Shown: positions 24,542 to 37,009 of the stretch, one piece after another
How positions within the stretch are numbered: position 1 is the first letter of the stretch
How the letters are laid out: the number at the start of each line of letters is the position of its first letter
Source of the DNA: Ranitomeya imitator
Lineage: Eukaryota
Length of the DNA: 64,000 nucleotides
Reading direction: 5' to 3'
Assembly (NCBI RefSeq): GCF_032444005.1
Contig: NC_091282.1
Coordinates: 55,552,001 to 55,616,000 of the forward strand
The notes under the pieces: generated by a model
What the model was told of the DNA's origin: nothing
Databases searched by the model: none
What the model saw: only the letters and a program-made list of their open reading frames with translations
Position numbers and translations under genes: made by a program

Positions 24542-24967
24542 CCAAATAAATGAAGGAAAAAAAGTACATCCGCACCACTGCTATTAGTTAGACCCTAATG
24601 ATACTCCTCTAGTGCACCATATTGCCGTACACAGCCTATAAGGCAAAAAAATCACTTGCCGGGGTGCTGCTCATGCGACAGTTCATGTACATATCAAAAA
24701 AATAAGAAAAAAGAGAAGCGCACTCACCGGTGATGATTCATCAGATTTATTCGGACATGAACATTAAAAGGCAGGGAGGGTAGTGAACACACACGGACGA
24801 CGGCCGTTTCGTGCGCAATGCACTTCAACTGGTCCTGTCATTGCGCACGAAACGGCCGTCGTCCGTGTGTGTTCACTACCCTCCCTGCCTTTTAATGTTC
24901 ATGTCCGAATAAATCTGATGAATCATCACCGGTGAGTGCGCTTCTCTTTTTTCTTATTTTTTTGATA
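24542..24967. mobile_element. PLE-derived insertion containing an inverted pseudo-LTR pair
   Basis: Flanked by the 14-bp direct repeat TGTAAAATGATGCT (24528-24541, 24968-24981). The arms carry a PLE-type end (AATAAA...GGTGAGTGCGCTTCTC) and a GAAACGGCCGTC hammerhead half. Confidence 0.7.
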
Positions 24968-24971
24968 TGTA
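24688..24971. repeat. Perfect inverted repeat with 133-bp arms and an 18-nt loop
   Basis: 24688-24820 is the exact reverse complement of 24839-24971 (checked base by base). Confidence 0.97.
24795..24835 (-). ncRNA. Hammerhead-like fold with a non-canonical core
   Basis: GGAC-CAGUUGA-A-GUGC(AUUGC)GCAC-GAAA-CGGCCG-UC-GUCC. Stems I, II and III and a GUC triplet are in register, but the core reads CAGUUGA rather than CUGANGA. Confidence 0.5.
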
Positions 24972-26777
24972 AAATGATGCTAATTACAGTAAAAAAAAAT
25001 CTCTAGAATTTTCTTCATCTTTAAAAAAAAAAATCACATTTTACATTTTTTAAGGACAGGGTGAAAAAGTGCAGCATTTTTATGGATTGTCATGTAATCC
25101 TGGTCCATCCCTGCTCTCAGACGATCATTCAAAATGTAATGGCCATTGATTGTTTGGGAATCAAATCCTGATGACTAAAAATCTCAGGGGTCAAAATCAC
25201 GTTACGCAGACCCGACGCAGCGATAGGAAGGAGGCGAAATTTTTTTTAGTACCCAATTCACTCAACAATTAGAGATATCACAGAGGATTAAAACATATAG
25301 GTCTCGGTAATTAGCTATTTACAAGTTTACGACAAGCAATCTATACTGATGTTCGTGACGTTTTTCTGGTTTCTACAGATCACTTCCTAGCTTTACTGTA
25401 CAGACTGGAACCAGATGAACCAAGTCATCTCATTATCATTTTAGGGCAGGGGGTAAATGACAGCTGAGAGCTCTATATTGACCTCTGGAGGTCTAGAAAA
25501 GACAGGATAATAACACAATGCACACAAATATGGGCCTGTATGCACCTGTCAAACACTTGTCGTGGAAACCCCTGTCTAGGTAGAGGTTTAAGGGGAGACA
25601 TTTGCCAGTTTTGACGAAATCGGGGAGAATGATCACTCGGTAGATGAAGCAAAAATACGCACGTGTTTGTATGCAAAGTCTGTCTGCTGGGCCCTATGAC
25701 AATCTGGCTTTTATTACCATTTTAGAAAAGGAAGTAAAGGGCAGCATAAAAAAACATAAAAAGGGTATAAGGTGAACATAAAGCATATATTGTAGTAAAT
25801 AACAACTACGCTTATGAAACCAGACAATGTCTCAAACAGTTGTCGGAATTAGCAACCTACACACTGTCTCGTTGTAATGAAACGTATGCTTAAGGAAAAA
25901 TGAAAAACCAAAGTTATTAAAGCTGAATATGTAGACATAAATTGCATAAATGATAATAAAAGCAACCTAAAATTAAAAATTAGACACAAGAAATGCCATG
26001 TTTGTCACCGTAGTTATCTGTAGGTCTAAAGCATGAGTGAACTTCGGCAGCATAGATGGAGAATATTGATGACATTGATAATAATAATTGATTGTAATTC
26101 TGAAGATTCATGTTAATCATGTTCCCAATAACCCGGGGTCCTAAAATAGCTCAGACATTTCTCTTATCTGACAGTCTAAAAATTACCCTGCGTTCAGACC
26201 TGTCAGGGATGACAGATCAGGATATGGATTTAAATCTTCGTCAGTCATTAGTGAATCTATGGGGATGGAGTATTGGGCTCCGCTGATACGACAGCGCGGT
26301 CGCTCATGATAAATACGTGTTTTTGAACAGCAGAGAATTGGCTCGATTTATTTATTCTGCTTGGACGTTGCTTATGTGGACAAGTTACAAAGTATCAATC
26401 AATATGTTCATTTAGATGTCTGAATGACTGGTGGTAGTCAATGATTGCTCGTGATCATACCTCTTACTCAAGATTAGGAGATCTTTTGAAATTTGACTTT
26501 GCCGAACTTGATTTGCAGTGAATACATTTGTGCAAATCACATAATTAAAAAGCCTCTAATTGCCTGGAAAATATGTGTAGAACACTGTGAGGTCTGCTCG
26601 GAGTCAATTGAACATGCTTTGAGGTCTGTAATGCAAATACTGCCTTTTAATATCCAAATGACTTCTACCTATCAGCATATTTCACAACACATTTGCAGTA
26701 TCAGGCTTTTTAGGCTACCTAAAAATTATCTCTTGGGAGGGGGGATGGATACATGTATTGCTTTGGTTTATAGACAG

Positions 26778-27076
26778 TAGTGATGAGCGAGTATACTCGT
26801 TGCTCGGGTTTTCCCGAGCATGCTCGGGTGATCTCCGAGTATTTATGTCTGCTCGGAGATTTAGTTTTCATTGCGGCAGCTGAATGATTTACAGCTACTA
26901 GCCAGCCGGAGTACATGTGGGGGTTGCCTGGTTGCTAGGGAATCCCCACATGTAATCAAGCAGGCTAGTAGCTGTAAATCATTCTAAAACTAAATCTCCG
27001 AGCAGTCATAAATACTCGGAGGTCACCCGAGAGTGCTCGGAAAAACCCGAACAATGGGTACACTCGCTCATCACTA
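26778..27076. mobile_element. MITE with TAGTGATGAGCGAG...CTCGCTCATCACTA ends
   Basis: TIRs include terminal TA; the element is internally palindromic. Same family as 53583-53882. Confidence 0.85.
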
Positions 27077-28578
27077 ATAGACAGGTGTTGCAAACAGAAG
27101 AAACTGTGGCACTTTTACATGATTGGGTGCAACAATTAAACCTGTTTTGGGGGCAAGGGGTATAAATAGCTTTTCACTTTTCTTAATGAAATAGCAATAC
27201 ATTTACAATAAGTCATCCAAAAATTATCCATTTTAGTAGTCAGAAAAAATGGTCTACTGTACAGTTTTGGATGTGAAGAAGTATTGGCTTCTCAAAGAGA
27301 AGTGGAAAAAATGATCCTTTTATGGGGTCCACAACTGGTTTGCTAATCACTAAATAATTAGGCAATTATGTAGGCTTTTTATAATGCTGTCCAAAAATTA
27401 TCCCCTTTAAAAAAAAGAAGTTCTGGGTTGTTGTCATCAAGCCCCTTTTAAAAAATTAGCCCCATTCTCAGATCTGTATTTTGCTGGTACAAAAAATGAG
27501 AGTATATTTCCCAGCATCACAATGAACAGCCATAAGGTGTGTGGGTAGCATGGTTGTGCAGTGGCTGCAGCAGAAGCAGCAAGGTAGAGGGATAAGACAG
27601 GCCAGACCATAAAATGCTTGGAAGTTTAGGTCCAGCAATGGCAGCCCTGGCAGTCAAAGTATTACAATATAGATGGGATGATGGACAGGGATGAGATGTC
27701 TGGCAGAGTTTAGTCCATTAACGGTGTAGATGACAGTCAATAGATAGATAGGCAGGCAGACAAATGGTGCAGCCGATTTAATTATTGACATCATCAGATA
27801 GCGCATTAATGTCTGCACTAATCAATGTCTGATTAGTTTTGACAAATATTAAGTTTTCATGTTTATATCAGATAACCTAGTCTGCTTTGCTGTGAGAAAT
27901 CCAACGGCCATACAGAACTCCCTCTTTAACATTACACTGGGGCTGGATATGATAGTACACCCTTAGTGAACTGGCCAGTTCTTGCCACTGGACCCAGAAA
28001 TCCATGGTATCTGGGTTCAAGGTACCGGCTTGAGAAAGGCCACAATCTAGGTCGGACAGATCTGACTGTTCAGGTCGTGCAACTCTGTTTGCTGATGTGC
28101 ATAAGTTTTGAGCCAGCAGGTAAACTATCTGGTTCATCATGTCCTATATATCGTAATTGGTGCTGCTGCCTTGGAAATTTGTCAAATTATTACATTTGTG
28201 AAAGAATATTGCACGTTTGTTTTCTCAACAATTTGGTATTTTTCGATAATTTTTCCTTCTTTTGACCTGCTCTGCGAAGGGCCACACATCCGGAGACGTG
28301 GTCGCTGTGTGGCGAGTGCATAGTGATCACCTGCTCAACATGCAGTTGGCCACCGTTGGTTGAGCAAAAAAGTTATCAATTAAATAACACAGATTTCCTG
28401 CTAATATGCCAATTTCACTGCCCAAAATATTTCTGAACAATTTTGAAAAAATTAAGTTGAATGTTTAAAAATGTTTAAAGAATTTTTCTCTGATAAATTC
28501 CACAATTTTACGCTTTCTCACAGTCCTCATCAAGGATCCTGATTTAGTCACAATCATTTTTACATTCACCCAAAATTA

Positions 28579-29983
28579 CTGTATTTTTTGGACTAGAAAA
28601 TGCACTTTTTTCCTCCAAAAATGTGGAGGAAAATGGGGGGTGCGTCTCATAGTCTGGCTGTACTGGCTCTGGCTGTGGTGGGGAGGTGGGGGAGCGGCAT
28701 CAGCAGAGCAGCGGTTCACAGGAGGCTTCGGCTAACTCCTGTGACCGCTGCTAAAGAGAAATGAATATTCACTGCATTCCACGCCCATGGGTGTGGAGAG
28801 CAATGAATTAATTTCTCTTTAATAATAGTATTTTGGTATGCATGATTGGCCCCCACCCCCATCCTGTATGCATGGCCCCATCAGAAAACATTGAAAAAAA
28901 ACCATTACACTTACCTTCCCGGCTCTCTTTTGCAGTGTCCTGCTCCGTTGCAAGCAGCTGCTTTATGCTTGTAAGCAGTGTATGGCAGGGACGTCATGTG
29001 CTGTTCACAAGCAGAGCATAGCTGCCGGAATACTTACTGCTCTGCACGTTGGGACTGTGCGCGCAGACAGCCATGAGTATTCATTGCTCTTGAGTAGCGC
29101 GCACAGTGTCAGCTGCAGGTTTTCTGCTGCTACCGGCAGTCACGTGTGCTGCTACTTAAGAGAAATTAATATTCACTTCTTTCCATGCCCAGAGAGGTGA
29201 ATATTCATTTCTCTTAAGTAGCGGCACACGTGACCGCCGGCAGCTGCAGGAAGGCTTCGGCTGACACCATGCGCACTATTGAAGAGCAATGAATACTCTC
29301 TGCTCTCTGCGCGCACAGTTCCGACATGCAGAACAGTGAGTATTCCGGCAGCTGTGCTCTGCTTGTGATCTGTGAGGGAGCGCCGGGAAGGTAAGTGTAA
29401 TGGTTTTGTTTTTTTTAATGTTTTCTGATGGGGTCATGTATACCAGGACTGGGATTGGGGCCAATTATACCAGTATAGGAATGGGGCCATTCATACTAGG
29501 ATGAGATGGGGGCCCTGCATACCAGGATAGGGATGGGGACATGCATACTAGGACGGTATGGGGGCACTGCATATCAGGTTAAGGATGGGGCCATGCATGC
29601 CAGGATAGGGATGGAATCATGCATACCAGGGTAGGGATGAGGATAATCGTTCCTGCCAGGATAGGGATGAAGGAGACCATTCCTACCAGAATAGGGAGGA
29701 GGGGGCCATGCACACCAGGATAGGGATAAGGGGGTCAGCATACCAGGATGGGGATGAGGGGGCCATGCATACCAGGATAGGGATGAGGGGGCCTTGCATA
29801 CCAGGGTAGGGTTGAGGGGTCCATGTGTAAAAGGGTAGGGATGAGGGGACCATATATACCAGGATAGTGGATATTAAGTACAGAATTGACAACATTTTTG
29901 CTTCTTTTTTTTCCCCTAATTTCCTCCTCTAAAACCTGGGTGCGTCTTATGGTCCAGTGCATCTTATAGTCCGAAAAATACGG
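28579..29983. mobile_element. Non-autonomous Tc1/mariner-superfamily (Tc2/pogo-like) element with an internal fold-back and a G-rich ~29-bp tandem repeat (about 29440-29870)
   Basis: Imperfect TIRs CTGTATTTTTTGGACTAGAAAATGCAC / TGCATCTTATAGTCCGAAAAATACGG, with TA on the left and CA on the right. Confidence 0.75.
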
Positions 29984-30550
29984 CAGGAAGGTGAGTTTGT
30001 TGTATTGCACAATCTAATAGTCCCCCTACAATGAAGAAAAGAATTCAGACACATGCGAATCACACATGTACGACTATCCACCACCGCAACCATTTTGGCG
30101 CTATACAGCCTCCTTCACCAAAGGCACGTTTGGCCACAGTCAGACGATGTTTTTAATGCATGACACCTGTGCTGTGAATCACTGATGCCAGTAACTTCCT
30201 CCTCTGATTACGTCAATTCTTTGTCACTCCTGTCTGGTTCCCGGGTTTTGTCCAACACAGAATTATCATCATCATTTCCATCATCATTCATTATTGGTAC
30301 TTCTGTGTGTGACACTGCCAGCGCTCCTTTCCCCCTCCCACTGCCTGACCACCATCCAGATGTTTGCCCTGGCTTAAAGTTCAGCTACCTTGGACAATGT
30401 CCCTACCACCTCGGCTCGCTTGCAACACAGATTGGCATTAGAATCGTGTTGTCCATCCCCTCTGGCACCATGTCTTTGGAGAACAAAGACTGACAGTTCA
30501 TATTTTCCAAAATATCCAAAATGGAAAAAGTTTTTCCTGGTGTAGTTGTG

Positions 30551-31681
30551 AGTAGCCCCACCAGGGCCGTGGGGTACTCGGTACCGGGTCCGGTGTTCAC
30601 AGGGGGATGTTACGGTGGCGACCCGGTCCGTGGCCCTGGGCACCCATGTAAAAGGGAAAGGTCTTTAAAGGGAATAAAGTTTATGTTCATGACGCCACCT
30701 GTGGTATTCGGTCAGTGGGGACCGACGCTGCTTTAAGGGGTCCGCTGGGGTGATGTCGTGGCAGCTAGATGGTATACCTTCCCACAGGTGAAGTATATCC
30801 CCAGGGCTCCTGGTGTGTAGATGGAAGATGGTGAATGGTGCAGTAAAGAATGAGGACACAGGGTTGCAGTCTCTTTACCTTGTTTATTGAAGTCTTCAGC
30901 ATCCACAGTCCAGAGCACCAGATCACAGGGCAGGTAGAGTCCGGCCGGCTTGGAGGCAAGTTAGGAGTCCCCTTATCCAGGTGGAAATCAAAGCCTTCCT
31001 CTAGCGCAGTGGTGTTGTAGTCCCTTACTGCCTATGGCTTCAAATAAGGTCCTCACAGATGTTCTCTCTCTGTCCCCCATATAGGATAGGACACAACCCG
31101 TATGACTGGTGACTTGAGCCTGCTTATAGGGAATCTAGCACGCCCCGGGCTCTAAGGGTGTCACCGTGCCTCCTTGGTATTAAGGCGGACAGGTAACTTG
31201 GAGTTCAGCTGTCCTGCCGGTCTCTGATGTAAGTCGTAGAGGCCCTTACAACCTTGGTGTTCCAGCAACCGGTCTCTGCGCCTCAGAAGGAGGCAGCATG
31301 CTCGTGGCTGGTCTCCCGCTGGTATCCTCTCCTGTGCTTCGCTCTCCTACACGCTCATAGCAATATATTCGGATTTCTGTATGTCTCTTTCCAGGAACTG
31401 CAGCGCTGTGGCTACACAACTCCGTAAATCCTCTTCTGCCTCAGACTGATCCAGTCTGCTTCCTGGCAAGAACTGACTAACTATACCTACAAACTACCAT
31501 ATATATGGGGAGTCACCTAGTCAATAGGATCAAAAGCTCCCCCTGGTGGCCTGGAGTATGAATGTGTTGCATGGTTGTGTTTACCTGGTGATAGTTATCC
31601 TTTCTTGCCTCCAAACGTAACATCACTCTCCCCGTGAGGAAAGCCATGCTACTGTGACGACCAGGACCCAGGGGCACCACA
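30551..31681. mobile_element. Solo LTR (1131 bp)
   Basis: Ends in GGGGCACCACA and starts with AGTAGCCCC (probably a mutated TG end). GTTGTG on both flanks (30545-30550, 31682-31687). Confidence 0.75.
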
Positions 31682-32295
31682 GTTGTGTAACTTAGTCCCC
31701 AGGGTATTGTGGATTAGGGGACTTTTGGGCAGAACAGAAACAGGTGTCATGACAGACTGAAAATGTTGTTGTTTTCAGCATTAACCAATATGGCAGTGAA
31801 GGAGGTGGACTGAGCAGAATGCTGACTCCAGCTGTTGGTGTCGCTGTCAGATGCAACATTATCCTACTATGATGAGTATTGGGACATGTACTCCTTTACA
31901 CCCTCTGCTTCCTCCTCTCTAATGTGTTTGCCAGAATTTGCAAAGGAGGCGAATTGTGACCTGTAGCTAGTATTACTACTGCCAGCATTACCGGTGGTGT
32001 TACAGGTGCTGCTAGAGGCAACCACATTCGTATCCATTTTATTTGTTTTGTTCTATCGCCCTGCCACATCCATGTTTGGGTTTAGCATACATTTTGGACA
32101 AAAGTACATTTAATTTGTTTCTAAACATTGTTAACAAACTTGACAATTTTGTGGTTTAAAATTCTCCCACCCCTGACAAAAAAAACTTAACCCTAAATAA
32201 AGAGGTCACGCATGGAAAGTAACAGCCAGCAGTCTTTTTTTAGCTTATTATTGTTAAATGCGACTAGTCAAACAGTTGCAATCCTTAACCCCTTA

Positions 32296-32717
32296 GGCTA
32301 TTTTCACACTAGCGTTAACTGCAATCCGTCACAATGCGTCGTTTTGCAGAAAAAAACGCATCCTGCAAAAAATTCTTGCAGGATGCGTTTTTTCCCCATA
32401 GACTTGTATTGACGACGCATTGCGACGGATTGCCACACGTCGCATCCATCGTGCGACGGATGCGTCGTGCTTCTGTGGACCGTCGGGAGCAAAAAACGCT
32501 ACATGTAACGTTTTTTGCTCCTGACGGACCGCTTTTTCCGACCGCGCATGCGCGGCCGGAACTCCGCCCCCACCTCCCCACACCTTACAATGGTGCAGCG
32601 GATGCGCCGGAGAAATGCATCCGCTGCCTCCGTTGTGCAATGCGTTAAACGCTAGCGTCGGAATCTCTCCCCGACGCGTTGCGATGGGGAGATTCCGACG
32701 CTAGTGCGAAAGTAGCC
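32296..32717. mobile_element. Palindromic Harbinger-like MITE
   Basis: GGCTATTTTCACACTAGCG...CGCTAGTGCGAAAGTAGCC with TTA on both sides. Confidence 0.8.
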
Positions 32718-33630
32718 TTATTGTTTTTTTTTTTTTTATATAATGATGTACAACCAAAATTTAAAATAAGTTAATGAAGCCTGAAATTCTAGACTGCGGC
32801 GTTTCTACATGACTGGTAACAAATATTAGGCAACAACGGCAGTATGATCCTTTTATATTAAAGTTGCACACTTGCATTTACGTTTCAAGTTTTCAGATTT
32901 GGGAGATTTCCCTTTAAAAAAAAATGGCCGATCTCAGAACTCAGTGACCGATCTTTCGTTTACAAACAGATGCAACCCTTCATTTCTGATTTGGCTAAAA
33001 AAAATCTGCAACAACAATAAACAGCTATTGTGCCGTATATCACAAATGTAATAATTCCCTGTCACTCTTGGTGGGGATGATTAGGCACGTCAACAGAACA
33101 CTGCATATCCCTTACATCTTGCATTTCTATTACTGAGACTATCGCTCCCATTTTCTATATGGTATATCGACACTAAAGTAGGACACCTAAATCACATTAG
33201 ACCGTTGTCTATCCCTATCCTGTGTGCACTGAGCTCCTAACCCTACACAATACAGGCATAAAAGGTTCTTTGGTCGGCCCTTATGTTTCATATTGCCTAC
33301 GATATTCCCCCCTAAATGGCTATGTTACACCATGTGCTTGGATTGCTGTAGGGCATTATGGGGAAGCCTGCGCTGCCATGCCAGGCGCTATTAGCCTACT
33401 CACGGAGCATGCGTGAAATGGCGCTGGCAATTTTTTTTTTCTTACAGCTAACTGCAAATCTAATTGCAGATTATTTGAATTCATGTAAAACTGCGGATTT
33501 GAAGAAATTTGACTCGAACTTGATCCTTCACTGTTCGATCTGCTCACCTCTACTCCAGACTATATAATCCAATCTTGTGGTTTATATGGGGAAAAAAATA
33601 GACCAACCCAGCGTTCGGCGCTCATAGTAA

Positions 33631-33953
33631 GGCTATGTGCACACGTATTCTGGTCTACTGCGAATTTTCCGCAGCAGATTTGATAAATCAGCAGTGTAAA
33701 TCCGCTGCGGATTTATCGCGGTTTTTCTGCGGATTTCACTGCGGTTTTACAACTGCGGATCTCTATTGGAGCAGTTGTAAAATCGCTGCGGAATCCGCAG
33801 AAAGAAGTGGCATGCTGCGGAATGTAAACCGCTGCGTTTTTTTTCCGCAGCATGTGCACAGCGTTTTTGGTTTCCCATAGGTTATATTGAACTGTAAACT
33901 CATGGGAAACCGCTGCGGACCCGCAGCAAAATCCGCATCGTGTGCACATAACC
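33631..33953. mobile_element. Harbinger-like MITE
   Basis: GGCTATGTGCACACG...CGTGTGCACATAACC. Confidence 0.8.
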
Positions 33954-33959
33954 TGAAGC

Positions 33960-35161
33960 CCTGCTATGTGTAGGACAAGCGACCCGATGATCGCAGCTTC
34001 TAGTCTCCCATGGAGACTATTGAAGCAAGCAAAAAGTAAAAAAAAAAAAGTTTTTAAAAATATATATAAAAAAAGATATAAAAGTTCAAATCACCCCCCA
34101 TTCAGAATCCCCGGATCTATCAATATATAAAAATAATTAATCTGATCAGTAGGTAAATGACGTAACGAGAAAAAAATTCAAAATTCAGAATAAGGGTAAG
34201 TTCACACAGGACTTTTTTGCTGCGTTTTTTTAATGCTAATTTTCAGCTGCTTTTTACAGTACCAGCAAAGCCTATGAGATTTCAGAAATCTCATACACAC
34301 ACATTGGTTTTTTGTTTGATCAGTATTTTGTGCTTTGCTGCGTTTTTTTGACATAGAGCATGTCACTTCTTTCAGCGTTTTTGCTGCGTTTTTTCACCCA
34401 TTGACTTGAATGGGTGTTGAAAAAAACGCAGCAAAAAAGCAGCAAAAATGCAGGTATCATTATTTGCTGCATTTTTGCTGCTGAAAATCCAAGGACATTA
34501 GCCTGGAAAAAGAGAAAAAATAAAACGCACCAAAAAACGCATAAAAAACCCCGCACCAAATAATGCACCAAAAGCGCACCTAAATTAGCATAAAAAAACG
34601 CAGCAAAAAAGTCCTGTGTGAACATACCCTTATTTGGTTTTGGTCTCTGCAACATTGCATTAACATGCAATAACAGGCGATAAAAGATTGTATGTGCACC
34701 AAAATAGTATCAATAAAAACGTCAGCTTGATGCACAAAAGTAGCCACAAGTCACTAAGATGCTACGGGTCTCTGAAAATGGCGACTTTTGTTTTTTAAGA
34801 AACTTTGGATTTTTTTTTCACCACTTAAATAAAAAAAGAACCTAGAAATATTTGGTATCTACGAACTCGTAATGACCTGAAGAATCATAATAACAAGTCA
34901 TTTTTAGCATTTAGTGAACATGGTAAAATTACAAAACAAAAAACAACTTTTTTTTGCAATTTCCCAACACTTTGATTTTTTTTTCCAGTGCAATATATGG
35001 CAAAACCAATGGTGTCATTCAAAAGTACATTTTGTTCCGCAAAAAAACAAGCCCTCACATGGCCATATTGGTAGAAAAATAAAAAAGTTATATCTCTGGG
35101 AAGAAGGGGAGCAAAAAACGGAAACTCCGGAACTGAAAAACCCAAGTGGTGAAGGGGTTAA
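33960..35161. mobile_element. Right part of a TTAA-type (piggyBac-like) non-autonomous element with a nested MITE at 34194-34629
   Basis: Ends in GAAGGGG-TTAA. The nested MITE reads GGGTAAGTTCACACAGGAC...GTCCTGTGTGAACATACCC. Confidence 0.6.
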
Positions 35162-35913
35162 ATCAGAGTTTTGTGTTAAATGTATTTTGAAAATATTTTT
35201 GGCAATGTTTTGTTTTCTACATCACAGTCTGTATTAAAATAAAAAAAATAGAAATCTTGTAGTTTTCACACTGAGTGAGTTTTTAGACTAACTTCCTGTT
35301 TCAGGAAACAACACATGTCCATTAGCCACAATCAACAGAACCTTAACCAATGTTTTCTATTGATGCGTCTAATCAGTGTGTGCAAAGGTCATTGTTAAAG
35401 GGAGGAAGAGCGGCAGCTGGCACATTAGCTCTTGTGATTGGTGGATCCTATGTTATCAGCTTTGTATAAAGATGTTACCTGTCATTGTATTCTTGCCTCT
35501 GATGATAATGAGCCTGCTGATAACTATTCCTGAAATAATAAAATGTATACATCTAAAAAAAAAATCATAGCCAATATGAAAACTGTAAGATTAATATATA
35601 CTGTATATACATATAAGTTTTATTTTTTAATAAGGTAGAACAGATCATCCTGTCTGATTAACCACTCAGATGCTGCATCCACGGCACGTTGTAGGTTTTC
35701 TGTGAGCTCATCCGTGCCTCTGCAACTCAATCTGCTGCTCGTTCGCTTCAAGAAAACAAATTTAAGTATAAACAAAAAGATCGGGTCTGAAAGCGGATCT
35801 GTCTGACATAAATATCTCCATAAGCCCTGATGAAGCTGATGTACTTACTCTGAAAATCCACATCAGAATGCTTGAAAGAATCGAAAGTCCAGCTCTATAA
35901 AATGCTCGATTCA

Positions 35914-36355
35914 GCTTATGTTCACACATTGCATTTTTAGCTGCGTTTTTTTTAATGCAAATATTAAGCTGCGTTTTACAGTACCAGCAAAAGCTACGAA
36001 ATTTCAGAAATCTCTCCACACACATTTGTTTTGTTTTTTTTTACCTAACAGAATTGGAAAAGCGCTGCGTTTTTGAAAACCGCAGGATGTCACTTCTTTT
36101 CACCCATAAAAAGCAATGAGTAAGTGCAAAAAAACGCAGGTGTCAGATTTTGGGTGCAAAAACCTCAGGAAGTTGCATCATGTTTTTAAGGAGGGGAGGC
36201 ACTAAACTTTATCAGCATGCACAAGAGACAGGAAAAACGCAGCAAAAAAAAAAATGCTGCAAAATAAAGCAGAAAAAAAAAGAAGTAAAAATGCAGCAAA
36301 ACTTGAGTGGGTTTTGCCTGCGGAAAAAAACAAAACGCAACGTGTGAACATAGCC
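35914..36355. mobile_element. Harbinger-like MITE
   Basis: GCTTATGTTCACACATTGC...GCAACGTGTGAACATAGCC. Confidence 0.7.
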
Positions 36356-37009
36356 TTAATATTAATATTATTCAGATTTTCCTCCAGTCATATTTCATTA
36401 ACATGAGTATATTAGAGGATATGTCAAATGCTCCCTATAACTACGTTGCTGAAATACTCTGCATCAATATACTCGATATCATCACACGATTAGATCAGCC
36501 GCGCACTCTTCTCTTAAACACTCTGTGCTGCTGTTGACCCGTCCCTATCAATACAAAATCAAAGCCAATTCCGGTAGTTCATAGTTTCAGTCCCTGTAAA
36601 AACAGCCGTGACTGTAAAAGTGCCTAATATCTCTCTGGCTTTGCCGCCTCCCACCTGACACGCGCTCGCTGCATTAAATTAACAAGTCGAGTAATTTGAG
36701 CCATGACAGTAATTGCACTTTAAAAAAAAAAAGGTCAATATTGGACGTAATTTACTTGCATTAAGGCTCTGGGAAAAGTGACTTTTGTTTGCATTTTTAA
36801 CATTAAATATTAATTTTTTTCAATTAATTCTAAAGCAAATTCATCTTCAATTCATCTTCAATTCTCTGCAAACGTTATTAGAGGAGACCGGGGGCTTTTA
36901 ATTAGAAGATTAAACATCACTGTTGCTGTAAAAATGTCATTAATGGGTGACATCGAGGAATTCCGTTGCCTTTGCTGAACGGGACTCCAAAAAATCCAGT
37001 CATTTTTAT

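Noticed and set aside
25440-25700. Possible third PLE coding remnant on the - strand (…LSFLDL…)
   Set aside because: The motifs are too short and scrambled to assign without a search.
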